64,000 bases of DNA, from positions 384,001-448,000 of the forward strand of contig CAWEQH010000004.1 in NCBI GenBank assembly GCA_963811165.1, written 5' to 3'. The stretch comes from an uncultured Nitrospiraceae bacterium (GTDB lineage: Bacteria > Nitrospirota > Thermodesulfovibrionia > Thermodesulfovibrionales > UBA6898). Position numbers and translations under genes: made by a program. Positions 8,762-18,459 of the stretch are shown here, piece after piece. The notes beneath the pieces are model-generated. The model saw only the letters and a list, made by a program, of their open reading frames with translations. It had not been told where the DNA came from and did no database searches. Every line of letters begins with the position of its first letter. The stretch's first letter is position 1.

Positions 8762-9757
8762 ATGCCTGAATTAAGAAAAGACCCTATCGTGGGGAGATGG
8801 GTGATTATTTCGGTCGAGAGGGGGAAAAGGCCTACCGATTTTATCTCGCCGTCCCAGAGGAAAAAAGGGGGGTTCTGCCCCTTTTGTCCCGGTAATGAAT
8901 ATACCACGCCCCCCGAGATCATGGCCTTCAGGCCTTCGGGGTTACCGCCTAATTCTCCGGGGTGGACGTTGAGGGTCATGCCCAACAAATTCCCGGCCCT
9001 GCAGATTTACGGAGAGCTCGGCAAGACGGGTGAAGGGATCTTCGACAAGATGAACGGCGTGGGGGCGCATGAGGTAATCATCGAGACGCCGGACCATCAC
9101 CTTTCGCTTTCGACAATGCCTAAAAAGGCGGTCGAGGACGTCTTATGGGCGTGCCATCTCCGGCTCACCGATCTGAAGAAGGACCAGCGCTTTAAATACG
9201 TCCTGATATTCAAAAACGAAGGGGAGGTCGCAGGGGCTACCCTCGAACACTCTCACACTCAGCTGATCGCACTGCCGATTGTCCCTGCGCTTGTCAAGGA
9301 GGAGGTGGACTCTGCGCGCCGCCACTACGAATTCAAGGAACGCTGCATCTTTTGCGATGTCATCACCCAGGAACTTGTGGACGGCAAAAGGGTCATCTAT
9401 GAAAATGCCGGATATGTTGCGCTGTCTCCCTTTGCCCCGAGGTCGCCCTTTGAGACGTGGATCCTGCCGAAACGGCACCAGTCCATGTTCACCCCTTCCG
9501 ATGGGAATTTCGGCGACCTGGCGGAGATACTCCAGAGGATACTTCGACAGACAGACAGGATCCTCGATACGCCTCCGTATAATTTCGTCATTCACACATC
9601 TCCCTTTTACGATGAGATAAACGAGCATTATCACTGGCATATAGAGCTGATGCCGAAACTTACCAAGATAGCCGGTTTCGAATGGGGTTCGGGCTTTTAT
9701 ATCAACCCTACGCCCCCTGAAGAATCGGCCAAGTTCATGCGTGAGGCAAAAATTTAG
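8762..9757 (+). CDS. galT: Galactose-1-phosphate uridylyltransferase family protein
   Basis: MPELRKDP, CPFCPGNE, NKFPAL, GAHEVIIE and HSHTQ (HxHxQ) motifs. Confidence 0.92.
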   Translation: MPELRKDPIVGRWVIISVERGKRPTDFISPSQRKKGGFCPFCPGNEYTTPPEIMAFRPSGLPPNSPGWTLRVMPNKFPALQIYGELGKTGEGIFDKMNGVGAHEVIIETPDHHLSLSTMPKKAVEDVLWACHLRLTDLKKDQRFKYVLIFKNEGEVAGATLEHSHTQLIALPIVPALVKEEVDSARRHYEFKERCIFCDVITQELVDGKRVIYENAGYVALSPFAPRSPFETWILPKRHQSMFTPSDGNFGDLAEILQRILRQTDRILDTPPYNFVIHTSPFYDEINEHYHWHIELMPKLTKIAGFEWGSGFYINPTPPEESAKFMREAKI

Positions 9758-9770
9758 CGATGGGTTTGAT

Positions 9771-11216
9771 ATGAGGATACTGATTGCGACGCCGGAGGCC
9801 GTGCCGTATATAAAGACCGGCGGACTGGGAGACGTTACGGGCGCGCTCGTGAAGGAGTTCCGCAGACGAAATATGGATGCGTCGCTGGTGCTCCCCCTTT
9901 ATAAGACAATCAGAGACCACTTCACTCCCCAACCGACGGGAAAGGGCTTCAGCCTGAGGATGGGCGACATTTCCATCGAAGGCAAGGTCTGGGTTTCGGA
10001 CGGATCGCCGGTGCCCCATGCGTATTTTATAGAATGCGAAAGGTTATTCGGGAGGACCGAGCTTTACGGACCTCCGGGTAATGGGTATCCCGACAACGCG
10101 TTGCGCTTCGCCTTTTTTTCGAGGGCCGTGCTTGAGACTTGCCTCGCGATGGACGTCCGGCCCGATGTCATACACTGCAACGACTGGCAGACGGGCATGC
10201 TGCCGCTTTATCTGAGCGGTCTTTACCGGGAGCGTCTTGACCGCACGGCTACCCTTTATACGATCCATAACCTGGGCTATCAGGGGATCTTCGCCGCGTC
10301 CGACCTGAAGTATACGGGGATTGGAAAGGACTATTTTACGCCGGAGAAGATCGAGTTTTACGGCAGCATGAATTTCATGAAGGCAGGACTGCTGTATGCG
10401 GACCTGCTTACCACGGTGAGCGAAACGTATGCGGGTGAAATCCTTCAAAGCGAGTTCGGGTTCGGGCTTGAAGGGGTATTGAGTATGCGCAGGGATGACC
10501 TCTACGGAGTGATAAACGGGATAGACTACGATGAGTGGGACCCGGCCGGAGACCCGATGATCCCCAGAAAGTACGGCCCCGATACCCTTGGGGGCAAGGC
10601 CGAATGCAGAAGGGTACTACTTCAAGAAGCGGGGATTACGCATGAGAAGTCTCCTCTTTTTGGAGTGGTGAGCAGGTTTTCAGGACAGAAAGGGATTGAC
10701 CTGATATCGGAATCGGTTGATGATCTGATTTCCCTTGGGGTGAATGTCGTTGTCTTGGGGAAGGGCGATGCCTATTACCAGAAACTCCTGACCGACATAG
10801 CCGGCAGGCACCCCGGGCGCATATTTGTCAGGGCCGGATTCGAAGAGAGGCTCGCCCGCCTTATCTATGCCGGCAGCGATTTTTTCCTGATGCCTTCCCG
10901 GTATGAACCCTGCGGACTCGGCCAATTGATCGCACTCAGATACGGTGCGGTCCCTGTGGTGAGAAGGACAGGGGGCCTTGCCGATACGGTACGAGATTAT
11001 GATCATCTTTCAGCCAGAGGGACAGGGTTCCTCTTCGAGGATTACACTCCGTCCGGCCTAAAAAATGCGGTGAAGAGGGCAGCCTGCGTCTTTGTCGAGA
11101 AACGGAGGCTGGGCCGGGTGGTGCGTGAGGCGATGGGTGAAGATTTTTCCTGGAGAAGATCCGCCGACACATATCTCGGACTTTACGAAAAGGCCGTGCA
11201 GAGGTTGACCGCATGA
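9771..11216 (+). CDS. glgA: Glycogen synthase
   Basis: KTGGLGDV, HCNDWQT, TIHNLGYQG, MPSRYEPCGL and TGGLADTV motifs. Confidence 0.97.
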   Translation: MRILIATPEAVPYIKTGGLGDVTGALVKEFRRRNMDASLVLPLYKTIRDHFTPQPTGKGFSLRMGDISIEGKVWVSDGSPVPHAYFIECERLFGRTELYGPPGNGYPDNALRFAFFSRAVLETCLAMDVRPDVIHCNDWQTGMLPLYLSGLYRERLDRTATLYTIHNLGYQGIFAASDLKYTGIGKDYFTPEKIEFYGSMNFMKAGLLYADLLTTVSETYAGEILQSEFGFGLEGVLSMRRDDLYGVINGIDYDEWDPAGDPMIPRKYGPDTLGGKAECRRVLLQEAGITHEKSPLFGVVSRFSGQKGIDLISESVDDLISLGVNVVVLGKGDAYYQKLLTDIAGRHPGRIFVRAGFEERLARLIYAGSDFFLMPSRYEPCGLGQLIALRYGAVPVVRRTGGLADTVRDYDHLSARGTGFLFEDYTPSGLKNAVKRAACVFVEKRRLGRVVREAMGEDFSWRRSADTYLGLYEKAVQRLTA

Positions 11217-14200
11217 ACTTCAGAGTGAAGTTGTCGGTCATGCTATCGGCGTTCCTGGTCCTTGTCGCTGTCTTGGCTGCGGGGAGCGTGCTGATCTTCG
11301 ACAGGATGAGCGACTCAATGGGCGCGCTTCTGCCGGTAAGCGAGAGAAACAAGCTCTACAATGAACTCGACCGCAACATCGGAGAGTTTTCGGAGACGGC
11401 CAAAAACTGGGGACTGACCGGAGACCTGCGGTTTCAGAGACTCTACCGCAAGAAGCTGGCGGACGTAAACAGGAGTTTCGGCAACCTAAACGTGACCGCA
11501 AGGGATAATGGAGAACTCCGGGAGATCGAAAGCGAATTCCAAAGGGTGCTGACCTACGCAACCCCCGTTATGGAGAACAGGCAGCCCGTCGGCGACCCTG
11601 AGGTCCTCCGCTACCTTCAGAAGATGGATATTGACACGATCGACGTGATAACGAAAATCGACCAACTCCAGCAACGGTCGGTCGATACCGTCCTCAATGT
11701 CGTCAAGGAAGGCGCTTTGGTGAAAAAAGAGATGATCTACTACCACGTCTCTCTCATTACCTGTAGCGTGCTCATGGCCATATTTCTCATCCTTCGAATC
11801 AGAAGGGCGATCGCCGCCCCTTTTAACGAACTTCTGACGGCCACCGAAAGGATAGGCAAGGGAGACCTTTCTTATCGGATACACACAGTCCGCAGGGACG
11901 AGTGCGGTGTGGTCGCCAAAAGGTTCGACAGCATGGTGGAGGACCTGGAATCTTCAAACCGGCAGATAGGAAGGAAGCTTGCCGAGACAGAACTCCTCCT
12001 TGAGGTCACGAAGATTGCAGGGACGACGCTTGACCTAAGGGACGCGCTTGCGTTCATAACCGAGACGATCGCAAACGGGCTCAATTACGAAAGCAGCGGG
12101 GTCTATATGTTTAGGCCCGATCAAAACTCTTTCTGTATCGGCCCGGGCTGCAAGGCGGACGTCGCCTGCCTTCCTGCTGAAGAGGGGATAGCGAATGAAA
12201 TTGTGAGTACGTTAAGCCCTGTCATTGTGCATGACGCCACCGGATCCAGGGAATCCGATCCCGTCTTCAGGGAGGGCTACCGCTCGGGGGTTGCCCTCCC
12301 CATTATCCGCGGCCATATGGTCTCGGGCCTCCTGCTTATCAGGAAGAAGTCTGCGCATGTGTTTACTGATGATGAGATCAGTACGCTCGAGATCCTGGCC
12401 CATACCGTAGGATCTGTGATAAGGAACGCCGAGCTCTATCTCGCCACTAAAAAGCAGCTTGAAAAGCTGATGGTGCTGTATGAGCTGAGCCGGGCCGTGA
12501 CCTCGGTCCTCGACCTCGAAGACCTGCTTAAGAAAATGGCCGAGGAGATCTCCAGAGTGCTCTCTTCGAGTGGCTGCATCATACGACTGCTCGAAAACGA
12601 CAAGCTCAGGGTTAAATCGCATTTTGGGCTTCCCGCGGGGGTTGAAGATGAAATGGAACTGCGGGTGGGAGAAGGGCTTGCGGGATGGGTTGCGCAGGAA
12701 GGTACACCCTTACTGGTGGAGGATATGTCAAAGATGCCGCCGGGCATGAGGGTCCCGCTGCTGGACGTGAAATCCATGATCTGTGTTCCCCTGAAGGTCG
12801 GTGATGCGGTCATAGGCACCCTGGGACTTTACGATAAATACGACTCAGAAGGCCGTACGACACCTTTTACCCCCGACGACATGAACACCGCCGAAGGCTT
12901 TGCTTCCATATCGGCGATCGCCATAGACAAATCAAAGGCATACGAGCATGAAGTGAGCAGGGAGCAGGAGGCGATAGAGGCAAAGAAACGGCTGGATGTC
13001 CTCTTCGACAGTGTGCAGGGGGGTATCATCACCCTCGACAGGGACTTTACGATCATTTCTGTAAACAAATACATCGAAGATTGGGTGAGCATGCCGCCTG
13101 AGATGCTCGTCGGCCACAGCAGCCTGGATATCTTTCATGAGAAGATAGGCATATGTCCTCACTGTGCCGCAAAGTCGACCTTCGAGACCGGGCAGATAAA
13201 CTCTATCACGCAATCGAGGGGGGTAAACTACGCGGAACTTACCGCTTATCCGATAAAGGAAGGGGAGGGGACAATCAGAGAGTGCGTCGTATTCGTGCAG
13301 GATATTACGGAACGGGTGCTCTATCAGGAGGAGACGCTCAGCCTCTACCGGGAAGTTATCCAGACAAAGGAATATCTCGAAAGTATCATCAGTCATTCCG
13401 CAGATGCGATCGTCACGACAGACCTCGAGGGCATAATCACCTCGTGGAACGAGGGTGCGGAGAAGACGTTCGGCTTCAGCGAGTCCGAGGCCATAGGCAA
13501 GTTCATGCTTTTTGTTCCCGATTTCCTCCTTGAAAAGGAGAAGGAGAATATCGAGAAGTTAAAAAAAGGCGAGGTCCTGAAGGATATCGAAACTCTGCGA
13601 AAGAAGAAGGACGGTATGATCATAGAGGTCAGCCTCACGCTGTCTCCGATCAAGGACGCTGCCGGAGATATCATAGGCATAAGCGGCATTTCGAGGGACA
13701 TATCCGGAAAAAAGAGCGTGGAGAAGGAGCTGATTAGACGCAACCAGGAGCTTTCCAGATTGTTCTTTATAAGTTCGGCGATGAGGGGCACTCTTGAGCT
13801 GGACAAGCTGCTCCGCATGGTCCTGGTGGCTGTTACGATGAGCGACGGTATGGGGTTCAACAGGGCGATCCTATTTCTCTTGGATGAATCGAAAAATGTC
13901 TTGAAAGGCGCGATGGGGGTCGGGCCGGGGAGTCCGGAGGAGGCATGGAAGATATGGGACGAACTCTCATTACAGAAAAAGACCCTCAACGACATTATGC
14001 AGGACGTCATCAGCGGTCCTCTTAAGAGTGACGGGTTCCTCGACAGGTTGACCCTCGGGATGGAGATCCCTCTGAATGAGGAGACCGTCCTGGCCCGGGC
14101 GGTGAAGGAGAAAAAGTCCTATAATGTGACGGACGTCAAAGCAGAAGCGCTTTCCGATACGATACTGATACAACAGCTTGGCACGCAGGCCTATGCAGTG

Positions 14201-15394
14201 GTCCCCCTGATGTCGAGGGACAAGGTGATAGGGATCATATGGGTGGACAACTACTTCAACAGAAAACAGATAACCGACGAAGACATGACGTTTCTTACGA
14301 GTTTCTCAAATCACGTTGCATCGGCTATTGAAAACGCTCGCCTTTTCGAGCAGGTGACAATGGCCGAACAGCAGCTCGAAAATATCTTCGAGTCGATGTC
14401 GGACATGGTCTACTTCAACAGCAAGGATTACGAGATAAAGAGCGTCAACCGGGCGGTCTGCAGCAAGCTCGGACTTCCGCCGGCAGAGATTATCGGCAAA
14501 AAGTGTTACGAGGTCTTCCACGGGATGAAAGAGCCCTACGAAAAATGCCCCCATCATAAAACGGTAACTACCAAGAAGGCGTATATAGAGGAACTCGACG
14601 ACCCGCATATGGGCGGGACGTTCCTGACGTCCAGTTCCCCCATCTTCGACCTGACCGGGGAATTCATCGGGTCGGTGCATGTGGTCCGGGACATCAGTGA
14701 GCTTAAAAGCCTGCGCGAGAAGCTTGTGATGGCGGAGAAAATGGCCGCCCTGGGCGAAGTGGCGGCGAAAGTCGCGCACGAAATAAGGAACCCGCTTGTC
14801 TCCGTCGGGGGGTTTGCAAAGAGGCTCGAAAAGAAACTTGACGGCAACCTCAGAGAATATGCAGGTATTATCGTAAAGGAGGTGGAAAGGCTCGAGGACA
14901 TCCTCAAGGAGATCCTCGGCTTTGTCAAGGAGGCGAGACTCGCAAGGGAAGTGGTTAACCTCAATTCCCTTTTGGATGGCGTGCTGAAGCTCATGGAATC
15001 CGGGCTCGAAGACAGGGGGGTTATGGTGACAAGGGACTTCAAACTACAGGCCGAAGTCTTCGTCGACTCTAACCGGGTGAAGGAGGCGTTTGTCAATATC
15101 CTGTCCAATGCGGTGCAGTCCATCTCGGGCAGCGGCTCCGTATCCGTCAGCACATATCTGAAGGGGACCGATGCGGTCGTGGAGGTAAGAGATACGGGGA
15201 AGGGGATCCAGGAAGAGGAAATCCCGTTCATCTTTAACCCTTTTTTTACGACGAAGCCCTCGGGCACGGGTCTCGGGCTTGCGATCACCCACAGGATAAT
15301 ACAGGAACATAACGGCACAATCGAGGTCGAAAGCGAAGTCGGCAAAGGGAGTGTCTTTAGGGTGTTTATACCAATCAAGGAGGAACAAAGATGA
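11213..15394 (+). CDS. Membrane multi-sensor histidine kinase (TM-HAMP-GAF-GAF-PAS-PAS-GAF-PAS-HisKA-HATPase)
   Basis: H-box VAHEIRNPL, N-box NILSNA, DTGKGI, FNPFFTTK and GTGLGL. ATGA overlap with glgA. Confidence 0.95.
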   Translation: MNFRVKLSVMLSAFLVLVAVLAAGSVLIFDRMSDSMGALLPVSERNKLYNELDRNIGEFSETAKNWGLTGDLRFQRLYRKKLADVNRSFGNLNVTARDNGELREIESEFQRVLTYATPVMENRQPVGDPEVLRYLQKMDIDTIDVITKIDQLQQRSVDTVLNVVKEGALVKKEMIYYHVSLITCSVLMAIFLILRIRRAIAAPFNELLTATERIGKGDLSYRIHTVRRDECGVVAKRFDSMVEDLESSNRQIGRKLAETELLLEVTKIAGTTLDLRDALAFITETIANGLNYESSGVYMFRPDQNSFCIGPGCKADVACLPAEEGIANEIVSTLSPVIVHDATGSRESDPVFREGYRSGVALPIIRGHMVSGLLLIRKKSAHVFTDDEISTLEILAHTVGSVIRNAELYLATKKQLEKLMVLYELSRAVTSVLDLEDLLKKMAEEISRVLSSSGCIIRLLENDKLRVKSHFGLPAGVEDEMELRVGEGLAGWVAQEGTPLLVEDMSKMPPGMRVPLLDVKSMICVPLKVGDAVIGTLGLYDKYDSEGRTTPFTPDDMNTAEGFASISAIAIDKSKAYEHEVSREQEAIEAKKRLDVLFDSVQGGIITLDRDFTIISVNKYIEDWVSMPPEMLVGHSSLDIFHEKIGICPHCAAKSTFETGQINSITQSRGVNYAELTAYPIKEGEGTIRECVVFVQDITERVLYQEETLSLYREVIQTKEYLESIISHSADAIVTTDLEGIITSWNEGAEKTFGFSESEAIGKFMLFVPDFLLEKEKENIEKLKKGEVLKDIETLRKKKDGMIIEVSLTLSPIKDAAGDIIGISGISRDISGKKSVEKELIRRNQELSRLFFISSAMRGTLELDKLLRMVLVAVTMSDGMGFNRAILFLLDESKNVLKGAMGVGPGSPEEAWKIWDELSLQKKTLNDIMQDVISGPLKSDGFLDRLTLGMEIPLNEETVLARAVKEKKSYNVTDVKAEALSDTILIQQLGTQAYAVVPLMSRDKVIGIIWVDNYFNRKQITDEDMTFLTSFSNHVASAIENARLFEQVTMAEQQLENIFESMSDMVYFNSKDYEIKSVNRAVCSKLGLPPAEIIGKKCYEVFHGMKEPYEKCPHHKTVTTKKAYIEELDDPHMGGTFLTSSSPIFDLTGEFIGSVHVVRDISELKSLREKLVMAEKMAALGEVAAKVAHEIRNPLVSVGGFAKRLEKKLDGNLREYAGIIVKEVERLEDILKEILGFVKEARLAREVVNLNSLLDGVLKLMESGLEDRGVMVTRDFKLQAEVFVDSNRVKEAFVNILSNAVQSISGSGSVSVSTYLKGTDAVVEVRDTGKGIQEEEIPFIFNPFFTTKPSGTGLGLAITHRIIQEHNGTIEVESEVGKGSVFRVFIPIKEEQR

Positions 15395-15741
15395 AGATTC
15401 TGATTGTTGACGATGACCAAAACATCCTCAGGCTGTACAAGGAAGAGCTCGAGGAAGAGGGGTATGTTATCGTGACGGCGTCCAACGGGCAGGAGGCGAT
15501 GGAACAGTTCGAGCGGGAGGTCCCTGATCTGGTTACCCTCGACATTCTTTTGCCCGATGTGGACGGCATCAAACTGCTTCGGCAGATGAAGGAGAAAAGG
15601 CCGCGGCTGCCCGTGATCATGTCCACCGCGTACGACTACAGGGACGATTTTGCGGTGTGGGCCTCCGAGGCGTATATAGTGAAATCGGCCGACCTTACCG
15701 AGCTCAAGGCAACTATCAAGAAGCTGGCCGAAAGGGAATAG
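15391..15741 (+). CDS. Single-domain response regulator (receiver)
   Basis: ILIVDDD, DLVTLDI..P..DG and VIMSTA. ATGA overlap with the kinase. Confidence 0.95.
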   Translation: MKILIVDDDQNILRLYKEELEEEGYVIVTASNGQEAMEQFEREVPDLVTLDILLPDVDGIKLLRQMKEKRPRLPVIMSTAYDYRDDFAVWASEAYIVKSADLTELKATIKKLAERE

Positions 15742-15745
15742 GAAA

Positions 15746-16948
15746 ATGGGAATGATACTCGAGTCCCTCTCGCCGGCCTACGGCGGGTACTCCATCGCCA
15801 GGGACGAAAAGGTGATATTGATCAAGGGCGCCATCCCTGGAGAAATCGTGGACGTGGAGATCCTGGAAAAGAAAAGGGACTATTCTGTCGGCTTTGTGGT
15901 GAATGTGATAGAGCCGTCCGCAGACAGGGTTGATCCTCCCTGTCCGGTCTTCGGCAAGTGCGGGGGCTGCCAGTTGCAGTACATACAATATGAAAGGCAG
16001 GTGGCGATGAAGGACGAGGTCCTTCGGGACACCCTTGCCAGGCTCGGCAAGGTCCAGACCGACCTTGGCGCTCCGCTTTGGGGATCGAACTGGCATTACA
16101 GACAAAAGGCGCAGTTCAAGGTCTCTAAGACCGGCGAGATCGGTTTTTTCAGGGAATCTTCACGCGACGTGATTACATTTGATGAATGTCCGTTGATGAA
16201 TGACGACATTAACGCGCTCCTGAGAAAGATAAAGGAGAAGTGTGCTGTCGGCAACCTTAGTGATATTCATATCGCAGCCGGCGATACCCCTGTGGCGCTC
16301 CTTAAGGGAAAGGGGTATAATGCGGCTTCCTTCGAGGATTTTGTAGCGGCCGGTCTTTCCGGCATCGCCTACAACGATTCGATCGCCTATGGAGGGGCCT
16401 ACACGGGATTTGATTTAAACGGCCTGAGATATACTATCTCTCCCTGGTCTTTTTTCCAGGCCCACTGGGACCTAAATAAAAGGGTCGTTGAGTTTATGAC
16501 AGAAAGAATGGGCCCCCTTGAAGGGAAGCATGTCCTTGATCTCTACGCAGGAGCGGGTAATTTTTCGTTGCCCTGCGCTGCCCGCGGTGCGGAAGTGGTC
16601 GCAGTGGAAGAGAATGCGTATGCGGTAGAAGACGGCAATAGGAACCTTGAATTAAACGGGATAAAGAACTGCAAGATTGTGAAGTCCTCCTCCGAAAAAT
16701 ATCGTATCAACAAGAGATTCGACGTCATCATCCTGGACCCCCCGAGGCCCGGACTCACCTCAGAGGTGATAAAGAAGATTATGGATAACCCTTCCGAGGC
16801 GATCGTCTACGTCTCGTGCAACCCCGCGACGCTTGCGAGGGACGTTAAGAAACTGAAGGAAAAATACGATCTTCAGTCGGTCCATCAGATAGATTTTTTC
16901 CCCAATACCTTCCATATCGAGTCCATCTCTCTTTTGAAAATACGATAG
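15746..16948 (+). CDS. rlmD: RlmD/TrmA-family RNA (uracil-C5)-methyltransferase with TRAM domain
   Basis: CPVFGKCGGCQ Fe-S motif, SFFQ, LDLYAGAG, LDPPR, YVSCNPATLARD and DFFPNTFHIE. Confidence 0.88.
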   Translation: MGMILESLSPAYGGYSIARDEKVILIKGAIPGEIVDVEILEKKRDYSVGFVVNVIEPSADRVDPPCPVFGKCGGCQLQYIQYERQVAMKDEVLRDTLARLGKVQTDLGAPLWGSNWHYRQKAQFKVSKTGEIGFFRESSRDVITFDECPLMNDDINALLRKIKEKCAVGNLSDIHIAAGDTPVALLKGKGYNAASFEDFVAAGLSGIAYNDSIAYGGAYTGFDLNGLRYTISPWSFFQAHWDLNKRVVEFMTERMGPLEGKHVLDLYAGAGNFSLPCAARGAEVVAVEENAYAVEDGNRNLELNGIKNCKIVKSSSEKYRINKRFDVIILDPPRPGLTSEVIKKIMDNPSEAIVYVSCNPATLARDVKKLKEKYDLQSVHQIDFFPNTFHIESISLLKIR

Positions 16949-17243
16949 TGTATTTCAGTGATTGCCCGAAACATGGGAGATTTTTATGGTGCGGCATTCT
17001 ATCCGGCCTCGCCCGAAATCCACTGACACGCATCCCCCTTTGTTAGGCTACCCCATAAGACTGAGGAAATATATAGGTATTTGTCTGGTAATGTTATAGG
17101 ACTTGTTGCCGACAAATATCATCTCTTCACGATAGAGATTGACCTGAACGAGAAGAAATTGAGGAGATACATCAAGAGTCTGAAGATAATAAACAGGCAA
17201 AGCCCTGTCAGAACCGTTATAATGAACCATTAGGAGGTGATGT

Positions 17244-17519
17244 ATGTTTGAAGGATTGTTTCAACCGTTGCACATGATCATAATTTTGGCGATAGCCCTG
17301 ATAATCTTCGGTCCCGGCAAACTGCCCGAACTGGGTAAGGGACTAGGCAAGGCTATGAGAGAATTCAAAAAGGCCACGTCAGATGCCGCCAGGGATATTG
17401 ATGTTACCCACGAGGTTAAGGAAATACCGAAGGAAATAACATCCCCCACCACAATGGAGACGAAGCAAGAAGCCGCCACAAAGGAAACAGTGGAAACCAA
17501 GAAAGAAACTACTGTATAG
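17244..17519 (+). CDS. tatA: Twin-arginine translocase TatA/E subunit
   Basis: TM helix, [32 protein letters not shown] and TATAAT upstream. Confidence 0.95.
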   Translation: MFEGLFQPLHMIIILAIALIIFGPGKLPELGKGLGKAMREFKKATSDAARDIDVTHEVKEIPKEITSPTTMETKQEAATKETVETKKETTV

Positions 17520-17583
17520 GCAAACCCTAGAGCGTTATGGACACATCATAGAGCCGGCTTTTCGGGGGTTCCTGCCCGCGGGA

Positions 17584-18279
17584 CTAAAATACCCCCTGCT
17601 TCATGGTCCCGTCTTCCATTACATATGTCGGAACTCCGCCCATCCCGGCCTTTTGTGCTTCCGCTACGTCTTCCTCAACCATCTTCTTGGCCTCTTTGAG
17701 AAAATCCGCCTCTTTTGTAAGATCTTTCCTGTTTTTCTTCAGCCACTCAGCCTGCTCTGCAATGGCTTTCTGCGTCGCTCCCGGATGGATCTGCTCCAGG
17801 GGAAAGTACTTCACGATGACCCTGTATTCTCCGTTATAGCTGTTCAGTTTCTCCTTGGCGCTCTTGCAATATGGACAGTCCGGATCAAAAAACGCGTAGA
17901 TCGTTTTTTTGCCCGACGGGTTATAGACGAACCTGTCCTTATCCGAAGGCGTGAAATTTATGCGGCCCAATTCAGGCTCAAGATGTTTTGTGAAAATCGG
18001 CTTATTGCCTACAAATACCATGGAATTCGGCACCACTGACTTGCCGTCGCGAGATATGAAGAATATGACCGGCATATTTGCGGTTTGCTGCTTTACGTAG
18101 ACAACGACGGCCTTCCATTCGGCCGAGTTCGTATCTTCGACATCCCTGACCGTGTAGTCCTTTACCGGGCTTGTGTTCTTTATGAAATCATCTGCAATCT
18201 TCTTATAATCAGGCTTGGTGCACGACGTACTGACCAGCAGTAGCAAAAACATAGATATGAATATAAGGTTTTTTTTCAC
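17584..18279 (-). CDS. DsbC/DsbG-like thioredoxin-fold lipoprotein
   Basis: Lipobox-like STSC, FFDPDCPYC and GVPT. GTG start after AGGAG. Confidence 0.85.
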   Translation of the reverse strand: MKKNLIFISMFLLLLVSTSCTKPDYKKIADDFIKNTSPVKDYTVRDVEDTNSAEWKAVVVYVKQQTANMPVIFFISRDGKSVVPNSMVFVGNKPIFTKHLEPELGRINFTPSDKDRFVYNPSGKKTIYAFFDPDCPYCKSAKEKLNSYNGEYRVIVKYFPLEQIHPGATQKAIAEQAEWLKKNRKDLTKEADFLKEAKKMVEEDVAEAQKAGMGGVPTYVMEDGTMKQGVF

Positions 18280-18459
18280 GCCACTTCTCCTCAATTACCG
18301 AATTTGCCTTTTATGCATTACAAAGAGTAGCACATGAAAAAGCGCTTTTTCAATCCCGGACGGTTTGGCGGTAACCAAGGATGCCTGCCGGGAGGCCTGG
18401 TTTGTCAGTATTTAACGCGCCAAAAGCCTGCTATAATTTAAAAAAACTACAGGGGTGTC

